Positions 1 to 15,159 of a stretch of DNA of 64,000 nt are shown piece after piece. The position numbers and the translations under genes are program-made. The DNA comes from Adineta vaga (taxonomy: Eukaryota; Animalia; Rotifera): contig CP075496.1 of NCBI GenBank assembly GCA_021613535.1, positions 8,184,001-8,248,000 of the forward strand. The letters are read 5' to 3'. Positions within the stretch are counted from its first letter, which is position 1. The number at the start of each line of letters is the position of its first letter. The notes under the pieces were generated by a model. The model ran no database searches and was not told the DNA's origin. It saw only the letters and a program-made list of their open reading frames with translations.

Positions 1-477
1 TCCATTCGATTATTCAATTGTGCTAAATGATGATGATTTGGAAGTTCAACATGCCAAAGATTTCGAGATCGTTTCAACAATATGGTAACCTGTCTATATC
101 TACGATGAGAATGTGAAATTGTACATGAAAAACATGATTTAAATCATACATTATCAACGCAACAACTAAAACTAATTCTCATCGAAGATAAAGAACCGAA
201 TACAGTTGTTGATCAAATAATTTTTACATGTACATCAAAAACCTATCCATGTCCATTTGAATATTGAATTGATTCTCTACATGTGAAACCTAATGTTTCT
301 TATCGTCTTGAAGCAATGTTTGCTGATCGAATGATATCAAAAACAAAATTAAATGATTTAAAACATTTGAATAAAACTTCTCATACAAAAACTAATCGTC
401 CTCGAACGTTTAAAATCAATCCAACAATGAGCACGAATATACATGATTATCGAATTGTTCTTATAAATTCAGAATAA
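1..477 (+). pseudogene. Disrupted 3' gene fragment with weak resemblance to YbaY/YscW-type beta-sandwich lipoprotein domain
   Basis: Frame 2 reads PFDYSIVLNDDDLEVQHAKDFEIVSTIW. Frame 1 reads LKLILIEDKEPNTVVDQIIFTCTSKTYPCPFEY*IDSLHVKPNVSYRLEAMF, with an in-frame TGA at 265-267. I found no phase-compatible acceptor for the GT at 85. Truncated by the window edge. Confidence 0.25.
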
Positions 478-875
478 ACATATAAGAAACATTCAAACTG
501 ATTTGAGTGTACTGCAATGTGATGAAAATATTTCTTTTTCGTCATAAAAATGTACTGAAAAAATATCGTCAAAATTTCAATTTTAGAGAAACAAATGTAA
601 AGCAAATCTTTAGTATGCATTCTGTTTCATGATAAAATGTAAATCATAGTTTATCAGTTAATTCTATACAAAAAATTTTCTGTGTTGAGAATAATGATCA
701 TTGATATTATCATCATAAAAGAAGAATATACGTTTCACGATGGAATGGATTTCTTTTTTATTTTCACTCAAACATTATCACAAAAAAAAATATTATATTG
801 AAATAGATTCACACGGTAAGCGGATTGCCGTTGAATCAGATTTGTTTTTAGTGTTAATATGAAATCTTTTTTTTT

Positions 876-2590
<1,715 letters not shown>

Positions 2591-3117
2591 AATTGTTTTC
2601 GTTTAAGCTGGAATAATATAGATGGAGAAGTAATCTAGAGAGAAAAACACACTGCAATAGGTTTATCAAATAAGAAAAAAAAAGGAGAAACAAGAAAAAT
2701 AAGTGTTCGTAACTTATGAAGCATCCTATCGAACCATATACGTGTATATATATACACACCATACATTTGCCTTGATTATTAAGGCCATCAGGAACGTTAA
2801 ATTTTACGTTTCAATCCTCCATCATAAAAAAGTACTTCATCGAAGAGTGTCGCTTGTGTATGATGTATGATTTATCAAAAAAGAAAATATAATATCCATG
2901 TTATTGCAGTCCGTTACATAACTGAGTAAGAGAAAGAAATGTTTCGCTTGAATAAATTTTGTAAAGTAAGCAACAGAAATATATGCTGCACATATGAATG
3001 TGATATATATATAAATCAAAACTCGATTTATTTTAGAGTTCAATTTATTAAATTAAATGATTAAATACAAGTATAAGCAAAGCAAGCACAAGAGTGTCAG
3101 AGTTGTCAAAAAGTTAA

Positions 3118-4332
3118 TCAATTATTATCAATTGATTGACGATTATTTGTACCCCATATAAATCTAGAAGAAAACTCGAAAGATAAAATAATTATTATTG
3201 AAATGAATGCATACCGATAAAATCCACCAGCAATTGTTCCACCAATCAAAGGACCTATCCAATAGATATAATGATGAGACCAGATATTAGCAAATATAGC
3301 TGGTCCTAAACTACGAGCTGGGTTGAATGAACCGCCAGTTAACATATTTCTACGAATGATATTCATGAAGAAAAACTTGATCTATCATTCAATAATTATA
3401 CTTACGATGCAAGAATACATACACATAATGCAATACCATTATAGATAGGAGCAAAATTACTTTTCGATTTATTATTAATTGATACTAGAAGGATCACTGT
3501 GACGAACACGAAAGTCAGCAGTAATTCAAGTGCTAAACCTATAAAAACAAACGTTTATACATAACTTAAATATTCATTCTGACCTTCCCACCAATCGATA
3601 CGATCCATGATATGTCCATTTCTTCCTTTCGAACTTTTAATTGTTACGAGAAAAGTCGCTCCACCATGACAATGATGATACGCTGTTGTATGTGAAAGAA
3701 GCTATACAAAGAAAATCTAAATTTTACAAATGATTTTTATCCGAAGTACTAACACGAAATATTCCAGCTGCCATTGTACCACCGATCAATTGCATAATAA
3801 TATAGAGTAAACCTTTTTTTAAATCGATCGCACCTGCAACAAACATGCCTACTGTTACAGCAGGATTAAAATGACCACCACTACAATTCATATGTGTAAT
3901 TACAACTTATATGATCTATTAGCAAAAAATTAAACCTGATATGTCCTAGACTAGCAATGAAGATCATCAACGAAAGACCAAAAGAAAAGGCAGTTGTTAA
4001 TGAATGATATATAATATCATCATTGCAACCACCAAGTAATCCAATTAGAATAAAGAAAGTTGTTCCTACCTAATTGCAGAGAAAAACATCGGATCGAATA
4101 TAATTAAATCATTATTCTGTATAATAACTTACTAATTCTGCAATGATTGGTTGAATAATATTCGTAAATGTACTCGTTTTATTTTCGTTTTCATTTATCG
4201 ATCTTTAAAACAAAACAAAAAACCGAGATTTAGAAATCTTCATTATTTTAATGAAATTTACTTCGTTTTCTTTGCTGGATTGGATCCTTCTTCTAAATTG
4301 TAACAAGCAGGTGCCGATGGATTGAGTGTCAT
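3118..4332 (-). CDS. Aquaporin (MIP family, AQP8-like), multi-exon
   Basis: Two NPA boxes (GGHFNPAVT ~3855-3880; GGSFNPARSLGPA ~3300-3340), HYIYWIGPLIGG and LALELLLTFVFV. Start MTLNPSAP at 4330-4332, TGA at 3118-3120. Confidence 0.93.
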
Positions 4333-4882
4333 TGATTGATCAATTCGTACACATAAAAATGACTCTTCTCAATCGTCAAAGCTAATCTTATATATATTTT
4401 TTTTCCATGTCGCTCTGATTTCGTGATAATGACAAAGATCGTATTATTTGTTTTTGAATCTTTTCTTTATTATTATACAGGGAACAAAATATCGATTAAC
4501 ATTAGATTAGATTATTTATAGGACTTGAAAAAAAAACAAGAAAATATCTATACAAAATCGAAAAATTGTCTTTCGTAGACTCAAGTATGATAATCATTGG
4601 TCATATAAAGATAGATAAGATATTGTTTTCTTTTGTCTGTTATTGATTATTTCTTTACATGTGTTTGTCGAAGAATGTTCTTTTACAGATGTACTTTTCT
4701 TGAGAGCATATGTTTTCCATCGAATATAATTCGTGAAAATCAAAAGTATAAGATGAAAAAAACTTGTTTATTCTTGTTCTGTTATAATTTAATTCTGTCT
4801 TGAATTTCGTTATAAAAAGAAATATCACAATACTAACATATATATAATATCAGTTCGATTTCGGACTTTATATCTGTTAGCA

Positions 4883-7800
4883 ATGGATTGGAATTTGTTG
4901 TATCTTCGTTTTATGTTTCTGTTATTTATTCTAATATTATCTGTTCGTGCAAATGACGGTTAGTAGAAGATTTCCATATGATTCTATAAATTTATGTTCT
5001 TTATTTTTATTGAGCCTTGTTAGATCAGAGTTTTAGTGTATCTTCCCGTAGTCGGGAGTAAACAAAATTATCAACAAAAAGGTCCTAGAAAATATAGTTC
5101 TCCAATGAAATTTTAGATCAACAAATGTTTTAAGTTAATAGAACGGGAATCTCATATCAAGAATAGGATTCTAACTTTACACAAATAGATAAGAATATCC
5201 GTTGTTAGTATGTATCATTTCATCAAAAACGTTCATGATAATCTGTTTGATTATTTTTATAAACGTACTTAACTATTCCTGTGAAAATGAAGTTACGAAA
5301 TAATATTCTAGAAAGTTAACATTGATGAATGTAATAATGATATTAGTATAGATGCTTTTCGTCATATAAATGACACTTTCTTTTAAATATCGAGGAATAA
5401 AAGGATACTAATTTACGTGATGGATTTATCTGATTCCTATGATATAGTTTTGATTTTGCAAATGACAGAGATTAACATTTTTCTGCTATCAATAAGAAGT
5501 AAAAAATAGCTTTTAAGAGTCATTTAGATGGGTATTTTTGTAGCATGTATCAAAGAATCCTTTTCGTTACATTTAAAACCCAAAATGAAATTCGATTTAA
5601 TTTGCATGAAATTACCGATAAATTTTCAGTTGAAGGAGTAGCAAACCTTTTCTTTTTCTTATAAATTATAGACAATGCAACGACAACACAAAATACAACT
5701 ACACAAACAACAACGACGACTAGCATACATACGAATACCACCTCCTATGTTGTTAATTTCTCCACCAGTACCAGTAATACAACCATTTATACTACTACTG
5801 CATCGACCACCAAAAGTACTACTAGTAAGTTTTATTAAAATCAACATATATGATAACGATCTTATTTTGTAAAATCGAAACACTTTTTATTAAATGAAAT
5901 GGAATATTTTTGTTGTTTGAGGAAGATAAACACTTCTTATAACGAATATTTACGAAATAATAATCGAAAATGAAGCGAATACCGAGAAAAGACAAGTTAT
6001 ATTTTGTTGATGAACATCAATGATGCATTGAGACAAATATATCTATTGATTTATTTGAGCTATCAATATTCTGGCAGCTACTGGAACAAGTATTAGAAAT
6101 CTGTTTGACAATTCGACTAACCCGACACGATTAATTGATCCACCGGGTAATATCACTATTGATGATGCAATAGATAATGCTGAAGATCTTCTCGATTTGT
6201 TGACGTTGACATCCACTGCTTCTTCAATCGATGTACAAAATTTAACTGAATTATTTAACCTTGCCAAAGGTCTTCAGATGTTGCAACCCTATTTTACTGA
6301 TTTATCGATGACAAATATATCTATATCGGATAAAAATCCTGCAAATTTTCGAAACATCAAGTCAAAGATTAGAACACTTGGAATTACTAATCCTAATTAT
6401 AAAAATTTACTTAAAACTATTCTTACCAATATTACTGATGCTATGAAAAGTAACGTATTTATTTTGAAATTTTAATAATGTCTTTCACTTTTTGAAAAAC
6501 TAGTACAGCATTTGATTTTCAGATTCAGCCATTGATGATGTACCATATCCAGATGGAGAGCGAATGATCTTGAAAGCTAATTATCAATATTCAACTAACA
6601 AAAATGATCGAACAGCTTCGTATTTAATCAATGTTCGTCAAAAAGATTCCATCGGGAAAGGCAGATATGTATTTGATGGTGTATCATCTGATATTTATTC
6701 TTCTGTTACGTGTATATATTATGATACTAGTAATACAGAAATACGACGTATAGATTCCAAGTCAAAACCAGCTTTTTGTGATGTGTTAGATGAAGATATA
6801 CCAGATATCGATAAATTAGAAATGCGTGTGTATGGTATCTTTTCATCACCAACAGATGGTGACATTACATTTGATGGTTTTTATGTACCGATGAAAACTA
6901 CATTACGTGGTATAACACCTTATTTTTTACAAAATAATATGTTAAACAAGTATAATAATCGTGATCAACTGTCTCGTATGATTAAACAAATGTTGTCTAA
7001 AACCATTGTCTATTAATTAATTCCATTTTTTTCTAAGGTACATTGATAATGCCATCATATCCATCTTCACCGCCTTTTCGAACATATTATGTTCCATCAC
7101 CTGCTCGAAGTATTCAGTACATTTCACAGCCAGTCACTGGTAAAAGTATTCCTCGTTAGAATCAAAGGGAGATATGTTTCTTTTTATTACTTAGATACTG
7201 CTCAATCGAATTCGTTTTTGACAACTGCATGCGATAAACCACAATCACTATCAATTTCAAGTAATTCTCCTTATGCAATTAAGCAGGGTAATACATGGCT
7301 AATCAATATTAACCAAATATATGGTATGGCAGTGCCTGTCAATTCAGTTTCAATTAATACTCAAGGAGAATTCATTGGTGGAATTATTCTTCTAACATTG
7401 ATTAATAGTAATCAACAACAGATTGGTACATATAGACCTCAGACGAATATTAACACTCTTGTAATATTTCAAAATCTTCCATCAATACCTATTGGCAGTT
7501 TTCAACTTCAATTTCCTACTGATACTCAATCAAATAGATATTTGGTAGATATTGTCGTCTGTCCACAATCGAATGCTGTACCACTGACAAGTATTCTATG
7601 AAGTTATGCAATTTCACACTGTTTTTTATTCTTTGTTTTGCATCTAGATACCTTGCTAGATAATCAAGTACAAAACGTGCCTTCGTATCTTTCGAACAAC
7701 AACCAAGTACCATTCAATGAAATAACACCTCAACGTCAGTTTCAACAAGTCTCACGTAAGATATTTCCTTTTTCTTCGTGATAGGATAGACTGTAATAGA

Positions 7801-10126
7801 AATGATATATCAGTCTCTAATCTACTCCTTGCATAAAATTAAATAAGACTTGCATGAACTAAAGTTAATGTTTAGATTGCATCTAATACAGGTATTGATT
7901 CAGATCAAATTTAATGTTACTACTTGCCGTTATCTTGATGATGGTGAAACGAGATTATTGAATTACCACAAATATGTTCACTCACTTCTTCTCGTGTTTT
8001 ATAGACAAAAATCGCAATTAATTGTTTCGTTTTAGCTACGGCTTATTTTGCTGCTGATAATCCACAAAGTCAATCTTTAGTACAAGAAATACCTGACGAA
8101 GAACAGATTAAAACATCTAGTCAGTTGGATTCACAAGCATCACCTTCTACATTTATGAAGCAAGGTGATCAACAAATCGATTCTTCATCAGTCTTAGAAG
8201 GAGAACCAGATGACGATACATTGATCAACCAGGAACAATTACCATTTTCATCAGCATTAGAACAAACAGATAAGGATACACCAGAATCTCAGCAAACGCC
8301 ATCTTTAGGACGTATGCTGCAACAAGGAAAATCGTTCGGAGAACAACAACTATCATCTTCATTATTCAACGATGAACAAAGTAATCAAGATCAAGTATTT
8401 CAATCAGATATGCCGGAACAAGCAAGACAATTAAATCAAGTTTATCAAAAGGCGGTGCCTTGGATGTCTGGATCGGGACAACCAGACCAAATAGGACAAG
8501 ATAATCAGCAAACATCCTCATTTTCTAGTCAACCATGGCAGTCACAGCAAATGTCGTCTCAACCTTATCAATGGGGATCATCACAATCATTCGATCAAAA
8601 CAATCAACAAGTATCATCATCACCTTATCGACCAAAACCCCCAATGCAATGGGACCAAACAGGATCATCGAATAATCCGTACGGTAAGCGATACATCAAA
8701 TATGCAATAATAATTAGATTAAAACCTATTAAAAGCAGAACTTTATAAATTACTATCTTTATAGGATCATACAATGGACCAAATGATCGTGACCCATCAC
8801 CAATGTCTGACTTCAATAATCAAAAACCAAATAATAACGGTCCTTATGGTCAAAAACCTGGGTTGAATCAGAATACAAATAGACCACCAAAACCATATCC
8901 ACCGAACCAACCTAATAAAGGTTAGTATTTCTTTGCCTGCTATCTATCGTACAACAATTCATATTTAGGTCTTCATACACCACCTCTGACGATGCGTTAT
9001 TCTAATGAAGAAGTTCCATGTACACTCTATCTTGTGCGTCCAGGATCACGGCGAATTGTTTCCAATTTAACAGATGATCAAAGTGTTACATGGACAGTAC
9101 AAGTTCCACGGAAATATGGTTATGCCTCAATACCTAATATTGTTAGTGCACACAATACTGATTTTGATCAATTAGTTGTCAACTATGTGAACGTAGATCA
9201 AAGTCCTACACTACTACCAAATGGTACTGCCTTAGAATTTATTTCAACTCCGGATGCAAACGATATCAATACTTTTCCTGATGATATTCCTGCTCAAATG
9301 CTGGAAGTCGTTGTTGATGGAATTTCACCTGTTGCATCACCATCATCGCTCGAAATTCATATGATTATTTGCTATAAACCATTAACTGCTCTTCAGGTAT
9401 GCTAAATTGTCATAGTTTTCGTGAGTTTTTATGCGAGTTCTAAGTATCTCGTTTTATAATAATGAGCATGGTCATTCGATTCCATTTACATTAATTTGTA
9501 GTCTCAACAATCACAACAACCAAATAATCAATATCAACAAACGCCTTCACAATCACAACGACCACCTTCAAAATCATTTTCATCTAATCAATCACCATAT
9601 AGTCAATCAAATCTTCAGTCTCAACAATCATGGCAACCAACTGTAAGTAATTATTTGTATATTTCTCATTATTCGAGACGATCTACGCAATCTTCTTGCA
9701 TATAAAAAGTAATATTTGGTAAAGAAGAATTTTTTACATGTATACAATTACATTTAAGTCTCAACGAAGTTACAAATGTTTAGTTGAGAAAATTCTAAAT
9801 AAAGAATATGAATCTATGCGATTGTCAGAATACCATTATGATTAACATATATATTGAATTAGTCACGTACACCTCAATCTCAATATCAACAGTATCCACA
9901 ATCAAACACCAAACCAATGACTCAACCGTCTATGACTGCTTCCATACCAACAAGAAATCCTAGTGGAACACAAGGTTACTGTAATTGTAATTGCCAATGT
10001 CCCTCAAATGCCGTTAAGCCAATAATTCAAGGTGCTAATGTTGTTTATCAATATTCATCACCAACATCATCATCATCACAACAACAGCAGCAGCAGCAAC
10101 AAAGAGGCCGACGACGACGACGATGA
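4883..10126 (+). CDS. Large secreted multi-exon protein: signal peptide, Thr-rich mucin exon, Cys-bounded beta-sandwich-like domains, Q/S/P-rich region, C-terminal CNCNCQC and polyQ/polyR tail
   Basis: Starts MDWNLLYLRFMFLLFILILSVRA. Exon 5672-5824 reads NATTTQNTTTQTTTTT. Domains at ~7195-7590 (TACDKP...LVDIVVCP) and ~8970-9397 (VPCTLY...IHMIICY). Ends YCNCNCQCP...QQQQQQQQRGRRRRR*. Some exon joins are uncertain. Confidence 0.7.
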
Positions 10127-11154
10127 TCACAATCAGATGCTGATTCTGATTCTCTTCAAGCGTGAAAAACAGTCTTGTTGGTATGATGAGAGCTACAATT
10201 TTAATTATTCTCTTCTTTATTCTATCTTTCAAATATATTATATATGGGCTTAAAATGACCTAATAAAAAAGAATTTATATCGAAAAAAACTCTTACATTA
10301 AGGATTACATCACAGACATCACCCCACTAAAATATCTTCTTTTAAAACACGTAAATTAAGGCAATTAATAAAATAGATGTGAATACCTAAGCTTAAAGCA
10401 GAATTTAGCTAATATTTGTATATCATTGAAAACGAATACAAAATTAAAAATTGTCTTTCACAAAGTATGTCAAGCACAATACGTTAATTAGAAAGAAAAT
10501 TGGACATCTTTTTCAAGATGAATCTGATTCCGATAGATCTTTTTCCTTTGATGTATGATCTATAGCAATATTATCAACTGTTCAAATGAATATTGATTGT
10601 AAAATCAGTACATAAATACGTAGTAGGATATCAAAATAGAAATAGAGAAATGATTTATTGAAAGAATATATATTTGTTCGATTGTATCTTGTTAATATTC
10701 GATACATATGTGTTAATTGATACGAAAGGTGAGAAAATGGAAAGAAATATTTGAAAGATAATTGATTTCAGTTCTTTTGATATACGTCCTAGTTATGAGT
10801 CGATTTTTGAGCTTGTTTTACAAAAATATACAGTTATCATATTGAATTAGAAACTTTGTCTTAGCAACACTAGTTTTTAATATAAGAAAACGTTATGTTT
10901 GATATTGTTCGAAACTATGATATAAATTGGAAAAATAAATCATAGTTTTATTTTCAGAATTCCATTTCATTGCTAATGATCAAATGAAATCATTTCCATA
11001 TATACGGTTCATTGGTTTCAGTCGACTGATTTCTAGAACATTTGCTAAGTTCTTAAGACTGATACTAGTTGCATTTTTCTAGTCATTCTCATTGTGCGAC
11101 GAAAACATCTTCTTTGTAGTACCTTTTCTATTGTATAGTAGAACTCCTTGGTCA

Positions 11155-13593
11155 ATGTATCAACAACTCGATCCCACTGATGTTCCACGAAAGATCAAGT
11201 AAGAATTTCAAGAATATCAATCTTGATTTCAATTCATTGTTGAAGATTATACACAAATGCAGCATTTATCTTCAATTATGTACTTGGTTTATTTGTTTGT
11301 CTCATTCTTGGAGTCATTATTGTTGCGCTCATTCCACTTTATCTACCAGTTCATAATGAAAATGCAAATCATTTTAATAATAAGTCATTTCTCTTCTTTT
11401 TCTATCGTATTTTCTTACTTTTCATTCTATGTAAACGTCATACATTGGATGTTCATGCTTATTGTTATATCAATAATATTACTCCAGCAAATTCGACGAT
11501 AACGATGATGATTGAAGAATCTGATTGGTTTAGTATTAAACAAACAGTAAACGAATATCATGATCTATTCAGAAAATTCGATAGTCTCATCTTTAGATTC
11601 AAAATTTGGTTCATTCAAAAGTAAATCATATCGAATTCGCTAATATAGCAGATGTACGAATAGTTGATTCTATAACTGAAACAAATGGTAATCTTGCTTC
11701 GAGGTGTAACGTGCAGGGTTGTCTACAAATCTTAGGACAAGTAGTTTTTCCTACTACTTGTTCTTCAGCATGTCAATTACGTACAATGAAGAAAATTGAA
11801 AGTTTGAACGTAATTGAACCATCGATTAAAATGAATCTGACTTCTACATTGAATGTAAAATATATGCTGGAATTTGATGCATTCAATTTTGGTAAGAAAT
11901 AGTTATTCGTTGCTGTTACTTCAGTTAGTATTCATATCAATATTCTTTCTCTTTTTTTCTTGTAGTTATCTTGAAAAGTAAGTGAATTAAAACTCGAAGT
12001 TTGGATTGCAGAAAATCCGATACTTTAGATCAAAATTATGTTGATCAAGCAGAAATGTTTTTAATATATAGTCTTATGAAAAATCAAAATCGTATGTCTT
12101 CATTGAACAGTAGTCTGGTTGATAATTCAAGTTTAACGAATATAAGACGCTTAGTAAGTTTTCAAAACAAAAATCACACAAATTCAATCTTCTTCGATAA
12201 ACATTTGCTTATAGGTATCTAATGATATACTTCAATCTCATGCAGATATTTGTAAATTTTCTGTTATTCAAGCAGAAGTATTTCAGATTTTAGAGTTATT
12301 AAATGTCACTATTATAGTTTCATTTACATCTCCATGTACCAATGATTGTCAACAATTACAAATAAACAAATTACGAAACATAACTTCAATCACTTATCAA
12401 TCAATTGTTTTTACTTATGCGGGAAATGTTCATAATTATAATGTTTCTCTCAATGGTAAATTTATATATTTTTTTAGTACAGATTTCTTGTATAGTTCCA
12501 TATTTTGCAGGTGTTTATCTGGCAATATTCACGATAATCCCATCGACGACTATTCAAAGCACATTAAGTAAGATAAACGATGATGAATATTGAAATTTAA
12601 ATGAATGCATTACTAGTGCCGAATAATACAACATTTGAAATGATCTTAAGTATATCGTTCGTTACTCTTTTAATAATTTCAAGTATGCTTATCTATTCAT
12701 AGATACTACAGCGTCGATATTTGATGTCAGCTATAAATTAGATTCATTTGATTTGATAACCAATAGTGATTTCGAAGGTGGTCCTATTGTCAGCAGTTCG
12801 AGTTTAAATGATTTATCAACCATGGTGAATATAGAAGACGGAGAGAATGCATTCAGTCATTTATTTACACTATTTTCTTCAGATGCAAACAACAATATCG
12901 AATAATGCAAAGATCAATGTCATTGTTTATAATGCCAGCATTACGAGTGACAATGCAAATACATCAACAAAGTTTGAATAACTATTCTTTTTGATAATGA
13001 ACAAAGATCTCTTATTCTTTTTAGAACATTATCATCTCTTTATATTCTTCGTCTTGTTGTGTATTACATTTATCCGATAACATGTAATGAATGTATACAA
13101 AATAGCGATGATGCAATCAAAAGAACACCTGTATTAACAAAAATAGTACATATTCGAAATGCTTCACTCGTTAATATATCTTACCCGTCTGATATTGTCA
13201 AGATTTGTAAGTATATTAGAATATCCTATTCAATATATGTTCTGAAATGCTTTTATTTTCAATATTTCCAGCACCAGATGTTAAAACAACCATCATCCCA
13301 TCTATGTCGACAGGTATGCCTTAACATTCTAAAATATCAACTGTTATAAGTAGATGTATTTATCAGCTTTAACATCGATTGGTCATACTCCAGCAAATGT
13401 AATGTTGCATTCTACTATTAATCAACATGATCATACTCAACGTCAAAGCACTGAACATACCAGTACTGCTCATCATTCCACAGGCCATACTACTCATCAT
13501 TCAACAGGTCATACAAGTCATCATACTACTGAACATACAAGTACTGTTCATCATACAACACAATATTCAACAACTCTTGGCACAACAGAATAA
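11155..13593 (+). CDS. Type II membrane protein with repeated Cys-pair ectodomain segments and His/Thr-rich C-terminal tail
   Basis: MYQQLDPTDVPRKIK spliced to a signal-anchor YVLGLFVCLILGVIIVALIPLYLP. Recurrent segments TCSSACQ, PCTNDCQ, TCNECIQ. Tail AHHSTGHTTHHSTGHTSHHTTEH. Start codon is uncertain. Confidence 0.65.
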
Positions 13594-13703
13594 AAATTCC
13601 ATAAAAATCAAAACATTTATCAAGCTAACTTTCATTACTATCTATAATTTTTTTCATATTGAATTTCTTTACAATGTTTTATTTTCAAAAACTAAAAAAT
13701 ATA

Positions 13704-14825
13704 TTAAACAAGAAAGTTGTCTCTCGGTAAATCAGTACCAGATTCAAATGTACTCCATTTTTGTTTTGGTATATCTTTAAAAACTTCTTCTAAACGTTGT
13801 TGACCTACTGCATCATTACTATATTTTCGAATGAAAATTTTGCCAATTCGATTTGGATATTTTGCATAAATACTTGCATAGATATCAGGATCTTTTTGAA
13901 ATATATCACCAAGTAATACAAATGTACGATTGAATGTATTCGTAATAAACATTTCGAGAGTGTCCGTTTTACTTTTGATATAATTACTAGACATAAAGAA
14001 TGAAATGAAATCTATATCAAACCATGTAAAATGACGCATATGAAATGAACCAGATGGAAATTTTTCTCGATCAAAAAATTCACGTAAAAATGGATAAAGT
14101 TGATCGGGAGATGCAGTTAGATATGCGAATGTTGCATTGTACTGTTTTTGCCAATATTGATAAATATCTGACATACCTGTAACAGCTTTGAAATCGCCAC
14201 TAAATGTATTTATTAAAGTTTCTGTTGTTGATGTTACACCTGTAATTTTAATTGTATCATCAATATCACTAATAAATGTGATACCATTATCATCACTTAA
14301 ATAAATTTCACCTACAAATAACAAGACACATACATAAATGATTTTTCTTTCTACAGTAACAATCTTACCGGCAGCGTGAATATTTTTATTTGGAACAGAA
14401 ACTTGATATAATACTTTAGCAGCATTACCATCTCCACGTACGAATCGATTCATTTCATCATTCGTTATTTGAAAGGGATTTTTAATTCGACCTTCATCAT
14501 CAGTTTTTGTACACATTGATCGATTTAAACCATTGATACATATATCTTTATTTTCTTCTCCATCAGCAGTAAATAATTTAATACGATTGAAATCAAAATC
14601 TTTTTTTATTATTTTCTCGAAAGATTTTTCAATTGCTTTTGCTTTAAGATAATTTTCTTCATAATACCAACCTCTATTATATAAAAGCCAATCTGTGGAA
14701 GGTACTTTTGAATGATCTCGAAATGCAGCAGATGGAACAAGAATAATATTTTCTTTACCAGAAAGAATAAATGCACTTGCTATTGAGAATAAACATACAA
14801 TCAAATAGAATAATGCACTAGCCAT
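13704..14825 (-). CDS. App1-family (DUF2183/APP1_cat) phosphatidate phosphatase-like protein with signal peptide; one 57-nt in-frame intron (14312-14368)
   Basis: HAD-type ISDIDDTIKIT (DxDxT), FAYLTASPDQLY, FPSGSFHMR, FVLLGDIFQKDPDIY and IGKIFIR. Hydrophobic N-terminus MASALFYLIVCLFSIASA. Intron GTAAGA...TTGTAG. Confidence 0.88.
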   Translation of the reverse strand: MASALFYLIVCLFSIASAFILSGKENIILVPSAAFRDHSKVPSTDWLLYNRGWYYEENYLKAKAIEKSFEKIIKKDFDFNRIKLFTADGEENKDICINGLNRSMCTKTDDEGRIKNPFQITNDEMNRFVRGDGNAAKVLYQVSVPNKNIHAAGKIVTVERKIIYVCVLLFVGEIYLSDDNGITFISDIDDTIKITGVTSTTETLINTFSGDFKAVTGMSDIYQYWQKQYNATFAYLTASPDQLYPFLREFFDREKFPSGSFHMRHFTWFDIDFISFFMSSNYIKSKTDTLEMFITNTFNRTFVLLGDIFQKDPDIYASIYAKYPNRIGKIFIRKYSNDAVGQQRLEEVFKDIPKQKWSTFESGTDLPRDNFLV

Positions 14826-14867
14826 AATCAGTAGTTAATGTGTACTATGAGTCGCACTATAAGAACC

Positions 14868-14874
14868 TTATATA
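14868..14874 (-). promoter_or_regulatory. Putative TATA box of the App1-like gene
   Basis: TATATAA on the minus strand 43-49 nt upstream of the ATG; similar spacing recurs at several neighbouring genes. Confidence 0.4.
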
Positions 14875-15159
14875 CTCGTAAAAATGATTTATTCGTTACA
14901 TAATTGATATGAGAGGTATAATTATTCTATAAGGAAAATATAGATGACATCAACCAACTCTATGACGTCTTTCATTTTTCGTCAATGGAATGAATCATCA
15001 TTTCTTCCGATTACGTGGGTAGTTATACATGACAGCAAAAATTACTATCGGTAAGGTTCGAACGTTCTGTACCCTTTCGAAACATTACTCATGAAAACAA
15101 TCACATATAGAAATGAGACATTACTTCTTGAATCATCCAGAAAAAAATATTCTATGCTT

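Noticed and set aside
28-267. Several in-frame TGA codons in frame 1 suggesting selenocysteine or TGA=Trp recoding
   Set aside because: The TGATGATGA run is GAT (Asp) codons of frame 2. Other genes here use TGA as a true stop (3118, 36745) and TGG for Trp, and I saw no SECIS evidence.
10032-10253. His/Asp-rich ORF (HHQHHHHH...DDDDDH)
   Set aside because: It is an alternative frame of the polyS/polyQ/polyR end of the 4883-10126 gene.
14312-14368. Internal hydrophobic segment (IIYVCVLLFV) as a TM helix in the App1-like ORF
   Set aside because: It is a 57-nt in-frame GT-AG intron read through by the ORF finder.
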